Of a stretch of 64,000 bases of DNA, positions 29,454 to 39,128 are shown piece after piece. This stretch comes from Verrucomicrobiota bacterium. GTDB taxonomy: Bacteria; Verrucomicrobiota; Verrucomicrobiia; Opitutales; Opitutaceae. Under the pieces are notes generated by a model. That model saw only the letters and a list, made by a program, of their open reading frames with translations. It was not told the DNA's origin and searched no databases. The stretch covers positions 232,454 through 296,453 of the forward strand of contig JAEYWP010000016.1 in NCBI GenBank assembly GCA_023428905.1. The letters run 5' to 3'. How positions within the stretch are numbered: the stretch's first letter is position 1; each line of letters begins with the position of its first letter. The translations under genes were made by a program, and so were the position numbers.

Positions 29454-30434
29454 TCAGCTGCGGGTGACGCCCGCCTCCTCGTACATCCCGAGGTGACGGT
29501 AGCGCTCGTAACGGGCGTCCAGCAGCGCGGTGGTGTCCAGGCTGGTGAGGGAATCCAGGTGCTTCACCAGGACCTTGCGCAGGGATTTGGCTGAGGTCGC
29601 CACATCGTGGTGGGCGCCGCCGTACGGCTCGGGGATGACGTCATCGACCACCCCCAGCCGGGAGAGGTTTTCCGCATTGAGCTTGAGAGCCTCGGCCGCC
29701 TTCGGGGCGGCAGCGCGGTCTTTCCAGAGGATCGCGGCGCAGCCTTCCGGCGAGATCACCGAATAATAGCTGTTCTCAAAGATGAGCACCCGATCGGTGA
29801 CGCCGATGCCGAGCGCGCCGCCCGAGCCGCCTTCGCCCACCACCACCGCGATCGAGGGCACCTTCAACATCGCCATTTCGCGCAGGTTGACCGCGATCGC
29901 CTCAGAGACGTGGCGCTCCTCCGACTCGATGCCCGGGTAGGCTCCCGGCGTATCCACAAACGTGATCACGGGAAGGCCGAATTTTTCCGCCAGGCGCATC
30001 AGGCGCAGGGCCTTCCGATAACCTTCGGGTTGGGGCATGCCGAAGTTGCGCTGGATGTTTTCCTTGGTGTCGCGGCCCTTTTGCTGGGCGATGACCATGA
30101 TGGAGCGCCCCTGGAAAAAGGCGGTCCCGCCGACCAGCGCCCGGTCGTCATTGTACTGGCGGTCGCCGTGGAGCTCCTGGAAGTCCTCAAAAAGAATGCG
30201 CACGTAATCGAGCGCGTACGGACGCTTCGGGTGCCGGGCGATCTGGACACGCTGCCAGGGCGTGAGGCTGGAGTAGATCTCCCGCTGCGTCGCCTCGATC
30301 TTGCGTTCAATCGCCGTCACCTCCTGCGAGAGGTCGAGATTGTGCTCCAGGGAGCGCTGGCGCAGCTGGTCGAGCTGGGAAGACAGCTCGCGAAGCGGCT
30401 TCTCGAATTCCAACGTGTAGGTCGGCATGTCCAT
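29454..30434 (-). CDS. accA: Acetyl-CoA carboxylase carboxyltransferase subunit alpha
   Basis: N-terminal MDMPTYTLEFEKPLRELSSQLDQL…; crotonase-fold CT-alpha motifs; 326 aa. Confidence 0.9.
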   Translation of the reverse strand: MDMPTYTLEFEKPLRELSSQLDQLRQRSLEHNLDLSQEVTAIERKIEATQREIYSSLTPWQRVQIARHPKRPYALDYVRILFEDFQELHGDRQYNDDRALVGGTAFFQGRSIMVIAQQKGRDTKENIQRNFGMPQPEGYRKALRLMRLAEKFGLPVITFVDTPGAYPGIESEERHVSEAIAVNLREMAMLKVPSIAVVVGEGGSGGALGIGVTDRVLIFENSYYSVISPEGCAAILWKDRAAAPKAAEALKLNAENLSRLGVVDDVIPEPYGGAHHDVATSAKSLRKVLVKHLDSLTSLDTTALLDARYERYRHLGMYEEAGVTRS

Positions 30435-30557
30435 GGAGGGCGCAGGCTAAGAATGCGATCAGGTCGCTGTCAACGGACAGGGAGGCCGCCCCGGCTGGAC
30501 TCCGTCTTCGGCATTGTAATATCGGGCGGCGGCGATATCTGCGATGGTACCGACGTT

Positions 30558-31151
30558 ATGGGCACGTTCGCACTGATCGATCAGGCGGTTTCATGGTGGG
30601 GGGAGCGCGGTGTCGCGGAACAGCTGTTCTACGGGATCGGCCTCGCTGCCGGGATTGTCGCCATCATTTTGATGATACTTTCCGTCATCGGCCTCGAGCA
30701 CGACGACGTCATCGACGCGATGGCCAGCGGCGACGTGGATCACGGGGGCGGGATGTTTTCGATCAAGCCCCTGACCGGCTTTTTCCTCGGTTTCGGCTGG
30801 GTGGGCGGCATGTCGATCGCCAACGGCGCGAGCCTGGCGGTCGCCACCGTGCTCGCCTGCGCCGCCGGCGGCGTGATGATGGGGACGATCGTTTTCATGT
30901 TTCGCGCGATCATGGGCATGAAGAGCAACGGAACGGCGCGGATCGGCGATACGGTGGGGGCGGTCGGCACCGTTTACCTGACCCTCCCGCCGCGCAAGGC
31001 CTCCGGCGGTCAGGTCACCGTATCCTTTAGGGGGAGACAGGAGACCTACGCCGCCCTGCAGCCAGGCGACAGCCCGGTGCCGGCGGGCGAGAAGGTCAGG
31101 GTGGTTGCGGTGGTGGACGCACACACCCTCCTGGTCGAGCCGCACGCGTAA
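30558..31151 (+). CDS. NfeD-like membrane protein (short form, TM plus OB-fold)
   Basis: TM helices followed by a beta-rich C-terminus (…VGAVGTVYLTLPPRKASGGQVTV…VRVVAVVDAHTLLVEP); directly precedes a flotillin gene. The upstream 317 codons of the ORF-track entry are an antisense shadow of accA. Confidence 0.75.
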   Translation: MGTFALIDQAVSWWGERGVAEQLFYGIGLAAGIVAIILMILSVIGLEHDDVIDAMASGDVDHGGGMFSIKPLTGFFLGFGWVGGMSIANGASLAVATVLACAAGGVMMGTIVFMFRAIMGMKSNGTARIGDTVGAVGTVYLTLPPRKASGGQVTVSFRGRQETYAALQPGDSPVPAGEKVRVVAVVDAHTLLVEPHA

Positions 31152-31222
31152 GTTTTTTCCGGGGTCGCCGGCCCGCCGGGCGACCCAGGATTTGTCGGCG
31201 GGAACACTCACCCCTACCTATC

Positions 31223-32779
31223 ATGGGACTCCTGGACATCATCTTCGTGGCCCTCGGCCTCGTCTTTATCCTCATCGTCGCGATGACGCTGATCTCGCGA
31301 TACCGCATGTGCCCTCCGGACAAGATCCTGGTGGTGTACGGCAAACTGGCGAACGGCCTCTCTTCCACGTGTTATCACGGCGGATCGACCTTCGTGATCC
31401 CGTTTTTTCAGAACTATTCCTACCTCGACCTCACCCCGATCAACATCGACATCGAGTTGAAGGGGGCCCTTTCCAGCCAGAACATCCGCATCGATGCGCC
31501 GGCCTCCTTCACCATCGGTATCTCGACCGATGCCGAGGTGATGCAGAACGCCGCCACCCGTCTGCTGGGGCGCTCCCTGGACGAGGTGCAGCAGCTGGCG
31601 TCTGAAATCATCATGGGCCAGATGCGCGTGGTGTTCGCCTCGATGAGCATCGAGGAAATCAACAACGACCGTGAGAAACTGATCGCCCTCATCACCAAGG
31701 GCGTGGAGGTGGAGTTGCACAAGGTCGGCCTGCGCATGATCAACGGCAACATTCGGGACATCAAGGACCACTCCGGATACATTGATGCGCTGGGCAAGGA
31801 AGCCGCGGCCAAGGCGATCAACGATGCGCAGATCAAGGTGGCGCAGGAAAATCAGCGCGGAGCGATCGGCCGGGCCGAGGCCGAGCGCGAGCAGGCGATC
31901 CGCGTGGCCAGCGCCCAGGCGGAGGCCCGCAAGGGGCAGAACACCGCGCAGGTGATGATCGCCAAGTCGGACGCCGATCTCGCGGCCGAACAGGCTGAGG
32001 CCAAGCGGCGCACCGAGGCGGCGCAACGCGTCGCCGAGGCCCGTGCCCTTCAGGAATCCTACAAGGCCCAGCAGGAGGCGGAACTCGCCCGCGCCGCCCG
32101 TGAGAAGGCCGCCCAGCAGGCGGATCAGATCGTCAAGGCCGAGATCGACAAGGAGAGGGTCCGGATCGATGCGGAAGCCAAGGCCGCGCAGACCAAGATC
32201 CTCCAGGAGGGCCAGGCGGCGGCGTATGTGATCCAGAAACAGGCAGAAGCCGACGGCATCCGAAAGGTGGCGGAGGGCGAGTCCGAGGGTATCCGCGCAC
32301 GCCTCACCGCGGAGGCGACCGGTATCCAGGCCAAGCTGACAGCCGAGGCCGAGGGCACACGCGCGCTGCTCGATGCCAAGGCGCAGGGGTTCGAGAAACT
32401 CCTGCGCGTCGCGGACGACACCACCGGGGCCACCCAGCTCCTGATCGCCGAAAACATCGTCCGCATCGCGGAAATCCAGGCCGGCGCGATCAAGGGCCTG
32501 CAGTTTGAGAAGGTGGTGGTGATGGGCGGCGGCGGGCAGGGTGGAGCCGGACCCGGCCAGTTTGTCCAGGATCTCTACAAGGGTGTCCTGCCCATCAGTG
32601 AACTCGCCAAGAGCGTGGGACTGAACCTGCCGGCGTTCCTCGGAACACCGGGAGCGGCGGCGCCGTCCACGGTGGCCGGCCCGGCCGGCGCGGCGCCGAC
32701 CGTCGCAGCGGCGGTGGCTGCGGCCGCCCCCGACCTCAAGGTCAGCACCCTCGATACCCACCCCCGTCGGACATCGTAA
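31223..32779 (+). CDS. Flotillin-family SPFH/band-7 protein with an EA-rich coiled coil
   Basis: N-terminal TM, SPFH domain (…FVIPFFQNYSYLDLTPINIDI…), long E/A/K/Q-rich repeat region, C-terminal Ala/Gly/Pro tail. Confidence 0.85.
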   Translation: MGLLDIIFVALGLVFILIVAMTLISRYRMCPPDKILVVYGKLANGLSSTCYHGGSTFVIPFFQNYSYLDLTPINIDIELKGALSSQNIRIDAPASFTIGISTDAEVMQNAATRLLGRSLDEVQQLASEIIMGQMRVVFASMSIEEINNDREKLIALITKGVEVELHKVGLRMINGNIRDIKDHSGYIDALGKEAAAKAINDAQIKVAQENQRGAIGRAEAEREQAIRVASAQAEARKGQNTAQVMIAKSDADLAAEQAEAKRRTEAAQRVAEARALQESYKAQQEAELARAAREKAAQQADQIVKAEIDKERVRIDAEAKAAQTKILQEGQAAAYVIQKQAEADGIRKVAEGESEGIRARLTAEATGIQAKLTAEAEGTRALLDAKAQGFEKLLRVADDTTGATQLLIAENIVRIAEIQAGAIKGLQFEKVVVMGGGGQGGAGPGQFVQDLYKGVLPISELAKSVGLNLPAFLGTPGAAAPSTVAGPAGAAPTVAAAVAAAAPDLKVSTLDTHPRRTS

Positions 32780-32886
32780 GCGCTCACGCCGCCACCGCGT
32801 AGCCCGCACCGGGGCGCGGTGGCGGCACCCGGCATCGCTCCGCCGCCCGGAAGTGGGTTTGAAAATCTGCCGGACAGCGGCATCCT

Positions 32887-33987
32887 GTGGCCATGAAGAT
32901 TGGCGTACCGAAGGAGATAAAAACCGGGGAGACGCGTGTATCCATCACACCCAGCCTGGCGCGGCGCTGTATCCAGGCGGGTGCGACGGTGCTGGTGGAG
33001 GCGGGGGCGGGGGTCACCGCCGGGTTCCAGGACCAGGAGTACCTGATGGCCGGAGCCAACGTGGCGCCTGACGCGGAAACGGTCTGGAGAAATTCCGACC
33101 TGATTCTCAAGGTGAAGGAGCCTCTTGAGGCCGAATACGCGCTGCTTCAGGAAGGGCAGACCCTTTTCACCTATCTCCACCTTGCGGCCGGTCCGGCACT
33201 GGCACGCGCCCTGGTGGATCGCAGGGTGCTGGGGGTGGCGTATGAGACGGTGGAGGCGCAGGACGGCACGCTCCCGCTGCTCAAGCCGATGTCGCAGATC
33301 GCGGGACGCCTCTCGATCCAGATCGGCGCCTATTTCCTTCAAAGCCAGAATGGAGGCTCCGGAGTTCTCCTTGGCGGGATTCCAGGCACCGCCCCCGGAC
33401 ATGTCGTCATCATTGGGGCTGGCAACTCCGGCGCCCACGCCTGCCGGATGGCCACCGGGATGGGCGCGCGGGTGACACTCCTGGACGTGGACACGCGGAA
33501 ACTGGAGATGATCGAAGAGGAGTATGGTGGCCGGGTGGTGACGCTCCACTCCAACCCGGCGAATGTCGAAGCCAGTGTCGCCGACGCCGACCTCCTGATC
33601 GGCGCGGTGCTGATTCCGGCGGCCCGCGCACCGGTGGTGGTGGCCCGTTCCAGTGTCGCCCGCATGCGCCCGGGCAGCGTGATCGTGGACATCGCAGTGG
33701 ACCAGGGCGGCTGTATCGAGACGATCCATACCACGTCCCACAGCGACCCCGTCTACAAGGAGTTTGGCGTGGTGCATTACGCCGTCCCCAACATGCCCGC
33801 GCTGGTGGGGCGAACCTCAACCATTGCCCTCACGCAGGCGACCGAGGCCTTTGTCCTTCAGTTTGCCGGCAAGGGAGTGAAGCGCGCCCTGGAGGAGCAC
33901 CGCGGTCTGGCCAAGGGGGTCAACACGAGGGACGGGCGCATCACCAATCTTGCGGTGGCCAAGGCGCTTGGCCTAGCCGGCGAGTAG
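32887..33987 (+). CDS. ald: Alanine dehydrogenase
   Basis: MKIGVPKEIKTGETRVSITP… N-terminus, NAD-binding GAGNSG; 364-366 aa. Confidence 0.85.
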   Translation: MAMKIGVPKEIKTGETRVSITPSLARRCIQAGATVLVEAGAGVTAGFQDQEYLMAGANVAPDAETVWRNSDLILKVKEPLEAEYALLQEGQTLFTYLHLAAGPALARALVDRRVLGVAYETVEAQDGTLPLLKPMSQIAGRLSIQIGAYFLQSQNGGSGVLLGGIPGTAPGHVVIIGAGNSGAHACRMATGMGARVTLLDVDTRKLEMIEEEYGGRVVTLHSNPANVEASVADADLLIGAVLIPAARAPVVVARSSVARMRPGSVIVDIAVDQGGCIETIHTTSHSDPVYKEFGVVHYAVPNMPALVGRTSTIALTQATEAFVLQFAGKGVKRALEEHRGLAKGVNTRDGRITNLAVAKALGLAGE

Positions 33988-34090
33988 GCGTATCTCCGCC
34001 GCGGCGATCCCCGGACCCGGAGGTGCGGGGGCGAGGGCAGGGAGATCCGCGCCGCCCCTCCCCAGGTCAGGAGCGGGCTCGGGCGCCATC

Positions 34091-34121
34091 CAAAAAAAAC
34101 CGCACCCGGGGTGGGTGCGGT
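34091..34121 (-). terminator. Rho-independent terminator downstream of ppiB (9-bp stem ACCGCACCC/GGGTGCGGT plus U-run on the minus strand)
   Basis: Hairpin followed on the minus strand by T7; sits between the convergent ald and ppiB genes. Confidence 0.7.
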
Positions 34122-34151
34122 GGCAGAGGCTCGGGAGAGCGGGCGTTGTCG

Positions 34152-34667
34152 TCAGGCCGCGGGGACGATCTCGATGCTCTCGATCGCGACGCGTTCGATC
34201 GGGGTGCTCTTTTCACCGCCGCCGCCGCTCTTGGTCGGGACCGTCGCGAGGCGTTCCAGCACGTCGTCGCCGGACACCAGTTCACCGAAGGCGGTGTACT
34301 GGCGGTCCAGGAACCGGGCATCGCCGTGGCAGATGAAGAACTGGCTGCCGGCGGAATCGGGGTTCTGCGAACGCGCCATCGAAATGACACCACGCACGTG
34401 CGGCTTGGCGTTGAATTCCGCCTTGATCTGGTAGCCGGGCCCGCCGGTGCCGGGCATGCCGCGCGAACCCTCGCGGGTGTTGGGGCAGCCACCCTGGACC
34501 ATGAAGCCCTTGATGATGCGGTGAAAAGCGGTGCCATTGTAGAAACCCTCGCGCGCGAGCTTCTTGAAGTTCTCGACCGTCTGAGGGGCGACATCGGGCC
34601 AGAAGGCGAGGCGCATCTCGCCGTAGCTGGTTTTGATGAGGGCGTGTTCGTTGACTGTGGTGCTCAT
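34152..34667 (-). CDS. ppiB: Peptidyl-prolyl cis-trans isomerase, cyclophilin type. Start at MSTTVNEHALIK.
   Basis: Cyclophilin signature (FHRIIKGFMVQGGCP…MARSQNPDSAGSQFFI); the ORF-track start at 34745 is an extension. Confidence 0.88.
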   Translation of the reverse strand: MSTTVNEHALIKTSYGEMRLAFWPDVAPQTVENFKKLAREGFYNGTAFHRIIKGFMVQGGCPNTREGSRGMPGTGGPGYQIKAEFNAKPHVRGVISMARSQNPDSAGSQFFICHGDARFLDRQYTAFGELVSGDDVLERLATVPTKSGGGGEKSTPIERVAIESIEIVPAA

Positions 34668-34784
34668 GGAGGTCGGAGGAAACCGCGAGCGCCTCCGTGA
34701 CGGCAAGGTTTTTTGCCCAGATGTTGCTCTCGACCTTGGTCGCAACCGTTCCTAAACGTGCGGGCGGTCCTCCCATTCCCCCGC

Positions 34785-36224
34785 ATGCTCCCCTTTGTCC
34801 TCGGCCTTGCAGTCGGCGCCCTGGCCATGTTCCTGGTCTATTACCGGGCGCGGCGGGAGATGGAGCGCATCCACGAGGAGAAACAGGTGGTCACGCAGGA
34901 GACCCAGATCGTGGTCGACTTCATGCACCACATGGCGGAAGCGCTCGGCGAGAACCCGCGGCGCGAGGAGCTGTACCAGCGGATTGTCCATGCCTCCATC
35001 CTTTGCACCGGCGCCTTGAGCGCCTGCATCTTCGAGCGCACCTTCGACGGGCAGATGCGCGGGGTGGCGATCGAGGGGCTCTTCCCGCCACACCGACCCA
35101 TCTCCGAGGCGGTGAAGGGAAAACTGAATACGCGGGCCAAGTTCATCGAGCAGGTGCTGAAATCCGAGAGCTTCCCGGTGGGCGAGGGCGTGGTGGGGCA
35201 GGTCGCCGCCACCGGTCGCGGCGTGCTCATCACCGACGCCACCACCGATCCGCGGATCGTCCGGCACGATGATCCCGCCCTGGAGGTGAAGTCCGTCATC
35301 GCGGTTCCACTGACCTTCCGGGACCGGTTTTTCGGCGTTCTGGCGGTGGCCAATCCGGCGGACGGGCTGCCCTTCAGCGAGACGGACTTCTCGCTTGTCC
35401 AGTCGCTGTCCGAACAGGCCGCCCTTGCCCTGCACAATGCCGATTTCCTGAATTTCCAGATCGAGAAGAAGCAGCTGGACCTCGACCTCTCGCTGGCCAG
35501 CGGCATCCAGCAGATGCTGCTGCCGAAGGTGGCCCCGCGCATCCCGGGTTTCGATGTGGATACACGCTACACCCCGGCGCAAAAGATCGGCGGGGATTTT
35601 TTCGATCTTTTCGTGCTTTCCGAATCGCGCCTCGGCGTGGCCGTGGCCGACGTATCCGGCAAGGGCATTTCCGCGTCGCTGGTGATGGCGATCTGCCGGA
35701 CCAACCTGCGGCAGATCGCGCCGCGCTTTGATTCCCCCGCCCGCGTCCTGATTGAGCTCAATCGCGTCCTCGCGGGAGACCTCGGGCAGGAGCTCTACAT
35801 CACCATCGTTTATGCGGTGATCGATACGGAATACAACGAGGTGATCTTCGCCCGCGCCGGCCACGAGCTCCCGCTCTTCCTGCGAAACGACCGCGCGACC
35901 GGCCAGTTCAACAGTGAGTTCATCGGCGTGGAGGGCATGCCCCTCGGCATGGTGGACGAGGAGCTGTTCACCACCGTGATCACGGACCGCCGCGAACCCC
36001 TTTCACCTGGCGAGTCGGTGATCCTCTACACCGACGGCATCACCGAGGCCCCCAACGAGGAGGGCAAGGAGTTTTCGGGGTCGCGGCTGGCCGATGCCGC
36101 GCGGCGCCTTCACGGGCGTACCGCGCGCGAGATTAACGACGGGATCTCTGACACCATGCAGCGTTTTTCCGGGACGGCCGCACAGCGCGACGATTCCACC
36201 CTGGTTACAGTCAAGCGGGTGTGA
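34785..36224 (+). CDS. Membrane-anchored GAF-domain PP2C-type (SpoIIE/RsbU-like) serine phosphatase
   Basis: N-terminal TM, GAF region (…[22 protein letters not shown]…), PP2C/SpoIIE domain (…[10 protein letters not shown]…[16 protein letters not shown]…LYTDGITEA). Confidence 0.8.
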   Translation: MLPFVLGLAVGALAMFLVYYRARREMERIHEEKQVVTQETQIVVDFMHHMAEALGENPRREELYQRIVHASILCTGALSACIFERTFDGQMRGVAIEGLFPPHRPISEAVKGKLNTRAKFIEQVLKSESFPVGEGVVGQVAATGRGVLITDATTDPRIVRHDDPALEVKSVIAVPLTFRDRFFGVLAVANPADGLPFSETDFSLVQSLSEQAALALHNADFLNFQIEKKQLDLDLSLASGIQQMLLPKVAPRIPGFDVDTRYTPAQKIGGDFFDLFVLSESRLGVAVADVSGKGISASLVMAICRTNLRQIAPRFDSPARVLIELNRVLAGDLGQELYITIVYAVIDTEYNEVIFARAGHELPLFLRNDRATGQFNSEFIGVEGMPLGMVDEELFTTVITDRREPLSPGESVILYTDGITEAPNEEGKEFSGSRLADAARRLHGRTAREINDGISDTMQRFSGTAAQRDDSTLVTVKRV

Positions 36225-36340
36225 GGCCCGGGGTCCGCGGGCCGGGAGGAAAATCGCCCTCGAGGCCAGGGATACTGCCGGACCGGCAATGCCAAAAGCG
36301 ATTTGCATCCGCGAGTGTACCGGCCTCAGTCTCGCGCAGC

Positions 36341-37564
36341 ATGTCCACCGCCACCCCTTCTTCCGTCGATCGCTTCTCACTGCCCGATGCCGGCGGCCAT
36401 TTCGGCCGCTATGGTGGCGTGTTTGTGCCCGAGACGCTCATGACGGCACTCGAAGAGCTGGGGGTGGCTTATGCCGAGGCCAAGAAGGATCCGGCTTTCC
36501 TGAACGAGCTGCGCCATCACCTGAAGGAGTTCGCGGGGCGTCCCACCGAGCTCTACTTCGCCGAGCGCCTGACCCGTGAGCTGGGCGGGGCACGCATTTA
36601 TTTCAAACGGGAGGACCTGCTGCACACGGGCGCCCACAAGATCAACAATGCCCTCGGTCAGGCGATCCTCGCGAAGCGGATGGGCAAGAAACGCGTCATT
36701 GCGGAGACGGGCGCCGGGCAACATGGCGTGGCGACAGCGGCAGTTTGCGCCAAGTTCGGGCTGGAATGTGTGGTGTACATGGGCGCCGTCGACATGGAGC
36801 GACAGGCCCTCAACGTATTTCGGATGCGTCTGATGGGCGCGGAGGTCCGGGGAGTGGAGGCGGGGCAACGCACCCTGAAGGAGGCGATCAACGAGGCGAT
36901 GCGCGACTGGGTGACGAACGTACGCAATTCCCACTACATCCTCGGTTCCGCGCTCGGCGCGCATCCATATCCGATGATGGTGCGCGATTTCCACCGCGTG
37001 ATCGGGCAGGAGGCCAAGGAGCAGATCCTGCAGCGCGAAGGCCGCCTGCCGGACGAGATGGTGGCCTGTGTGGGAGGCGGCAGCAATGCGATCGGCTTTT
37101 TCTTCGAGTTCCTCGAGGATACCCAGGTGCGTTTGGTCGGCGTGGAGGCCGGCGGCCGCGGTATACGTCGCGGGGATCACGCGGCTCGCTTTGAAGGCGG
37201 CAAACTGGGCGTCCTGCAGGGCTGCAAGACCTACATTCTCCAGAACGAAGATGGTCAGATCGAGCTGACCCATTCCGTCAGCGCGGGCCTTGATTACGCC
37301 GCGATCGGGCCGGAGCACGCCTTTTACCGCGACCAGAAGCGTATCGAGTTCGCCTACGCCTGCGACGACGAGGTGCTGGACGCGCTTCAAGTTTGCGCGC
37401 GGACCGAGGGCATCATTCCCGCCCTCGAGTCGACGCATGCCCTCGTGTACGCGCTAAAACGCGCGAAGGAGATGCGGACCGACCAGATCCTGGTGGTGAA
37501 TATCAGCGGCCGCGGGGACAAGGACGTGCAGCAGGTCGCGCGGCTGTTGGGCGAGCGGGCCTGA
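36341..37564 (+). CDS. trpB: Tryptophan synthase beta chain (TrpB1 type), no trpA adjacent
   Basis: PLP-lysine motif region (…[24 protein letters not shown]…[12 protein letters not shown]…); start placed at MSTATPSS. Confidence 0.85.
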   Translation: MSTATPSSVDRFSLPDAGGHFGRYGGVFVPETLMTALEELGVAYAEAKKDPAFLNELRHHLKEFAGRPTELYFAERLTRELGGARIYFKREDLLHTGAHKINNALGQAILAKRMGKKRVIAETGAGQHGVATAAVCAKFGLECVVYMGAVDMERQALNVFRMRLMGAEVRGVEAGQRTLKEAINEAMRDWVTNVRNSHYILGSALGAHPYPMMVRDFHRVIGQEAKEQILQREGRLPDEMVACVGGGSNAIGFFFEFLEDTQVRLVGVEAGGRGIRRGDHAARFEGGKLGVLQGCKTYILQNEDGQIELTHSVSAGLDYAAIGPEHAFYRDQKRIEFAYACDDEVLDALQVCARTEGIIPALESTHALVYALKRAKEMRTDQILVVNISGRGDKDVQQVARLLGERA

Positions 37565-37593
37565 GCAACGGTCGCCGCGCCCGGGCGCGGCGC

Positions 37594-38466
37594 TCATTCC
37601 ACGTTGGCGATCTGTTCGCGAATGCGTTCGAGCTCGTTCTTGAGCTCGATCACGTGGCGGGAGATCCCGAGGTCATTGGCCTTGCTCCCGATGGTGTGCA
37701 CCTCGCGCCCCATCTCCTGGAGGATGAACTCGGCCTTGCGCCCGATCTCCGCGTCGCTGTTGAGGTGGACGGTGAACTGCTCGAAGTGGCTTCGCAGGCG
37801 GGTGAGTTCCTCCGTGATGTCGCAGCGGTCGGCAAAGAGCGCGATCTCCTTGAGGACCCGTTCGTCCTCCAAATTGAGTTCCAGCCCCGCTTGCCGCAGA
37901 CGCTGCATCAGCTGTTCCCGGTAGTTCCGCGGTACCTGGCCGGCGCGTTCCGCCACCGCGGCAACATGCGTCTGGAGCAACTGGACGCGGGCGAGCAGGT
38001 CCTTCAGCAGGGATGCACCCTCGCTGGCCCGCATGGCGGAAAAGGCGACCAGGGCCTGCTCGAGGGTGGAAAGCACGAGCGATTGGGTGGCTTCGTCGGA
38101 TGCGGTCACTGCGTCCTCCCGCTGCGAGTTGACCAGTTGCCAGAGCAGCTCCGGCGTCGGAGAAAAGCGGATACCATTCGTCTCCGCCAGCGTGCGCAGG
38201 CGGGAGATGAGGTCGGAGACCGCGGTCTCGTTCCAGACAAGCCCGCCGGCGGCGCCGCGCCCCGTCACCTCCACTTCGACGTGCACCTTTCCGCGGGAGG
38301 CGTATTTGCGCACGCGTTCGCCCACCTGTGGTTCGAGCGCTTCCAGGGACTCGGGGAGGGAGACGGTCAGGTCCAGTGACTTCCGGTTAACCGAATTGAC
38401 CTGGACTGTGAGGGTGGATGTGCCGAGCGGAGCTATCGCCCGCCCATAACCGGTCATGCTGCGCAT
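37594..38466 (-). CDS. yicC: YicC-family stress-induced protein
   Basis: N-terminal MRSMTGYGRA… and C-terminal DUF1732-like region; 290 aa. Confidence 0.8.
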   Translation of the reverse strand: MRSMTGYGRAIAPLGTSTLTVQVNSVNRKSLDLTVSLPESLEALEPQVGERVRKYASRGKVHVEVEVTGRGAAGGLVWNETAVSDLISRLRTLAETNGIRFSPTPELLWQLVNSQREDAVTASDEATQSLVLSTLEQALVAFSAMRASEGASLLKDLLARVQLLQTHVAAVAERAGQVPRNYREQLMQRLRQAGLELNLEDERVLKEIALFADRCDITEELTRLRSHFEQFTVHLNSDAEIGRKAEFILQEMGREVHTIGSKANDLGISRHVIELKNELERIREQIANVE

Positions 38467-38519
38467 GGCGGCACCTTACCGAGATGTGACCTTCTGTGAC
38501 AAGGCTGGGGCGTTTGGTC

Positions 38520-39074
38520 TTACGTCTCGGACAAAGCGGCGGGATGGCGGAAGGAGTACCAGAGATAGATGGCCACACCCACGCAGATCCCCGAGTCGGC
38601 GATGTTGAAGGTGGGGAAGATGTAGCTGCCAAAGTGGAAATCGAGAAAGTCGATCACGTGGCCGTGCAGCAGGCGATCGACCAGGTTCCCCACGATCCCG
38701 CCGCAGAGGAGGCCGAAACTCAATTGGACGGGAAGCTGCCGCAGGCCGAGCGAGCGACGCCAGAGATAGATCGCGACGAGGGTGACAAGCGCGAGCAGGG
38801 CGAGGAGCGTGCTTCGCCCCGAGAAGAGACTCCAGGCCGCGCCGGTGTTGCCCACGTGTACCAGGTGAAAGAATCCCGGAATGATCGAGATATGACCCGG
38901 CGGCCCGAAGGTGCCGAGGGGCAGGGTCCGGTCGATCCAAACCTTCGTCACCTGGTCGAGGATGAAGATCGAAAGGCTGAGGCAGAGAAAAACGCGATAC
39001 GCCCAGAACCGCTGGAAGCGGCTGGGCGTAACGACGGTCGGCGGGGCGGGTGGAGGCGACAGCGGAAGGGACAT
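38520..39074 (-). CDS. lspA: Lipoprotein signal peptidase (signal peptidase II)
   Basis: Conserved LspA boxes (…GNLVDRL…VIDFLDFH…FPTFNIADSGI…), 4 TM helices. Confidence 0.85.
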   Translation of the reverse strand: MSLPLSPPPAPPTVVTPSRFQRFWAYRVFLCLSLSIFILDQVTKVWIDRTLPLGTFGPPGHISIIPGFFHLVHVGNTGAAWSLFSGRSTLLALLALVTLVAIYLWRRSLGLRQLPVQLSFGLLCGGIVGNLVDRLLHGHVIDFLDFHFGSYIFPTFNIADSGICVGVAIYLWYSFRHPAALSET

Positions 39075-39128
39075 GGGTCAACGACGGGCGTCGCTCGGGC
39101 CGGGAGGCCGGGCAGCCCATGCGGCGAA

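Noticed and set aside
29607-31151. 514-aa ORF in the track spanning the accA antisense strand
   Set aside because: The first 317 codons or so are the antisense shadow of accA (high-GC DNA keeps reverse frames open) and have no protein-like composition. Only the last 197 codons, from the ATG at 30558, look like a real gene (NfeD-like).
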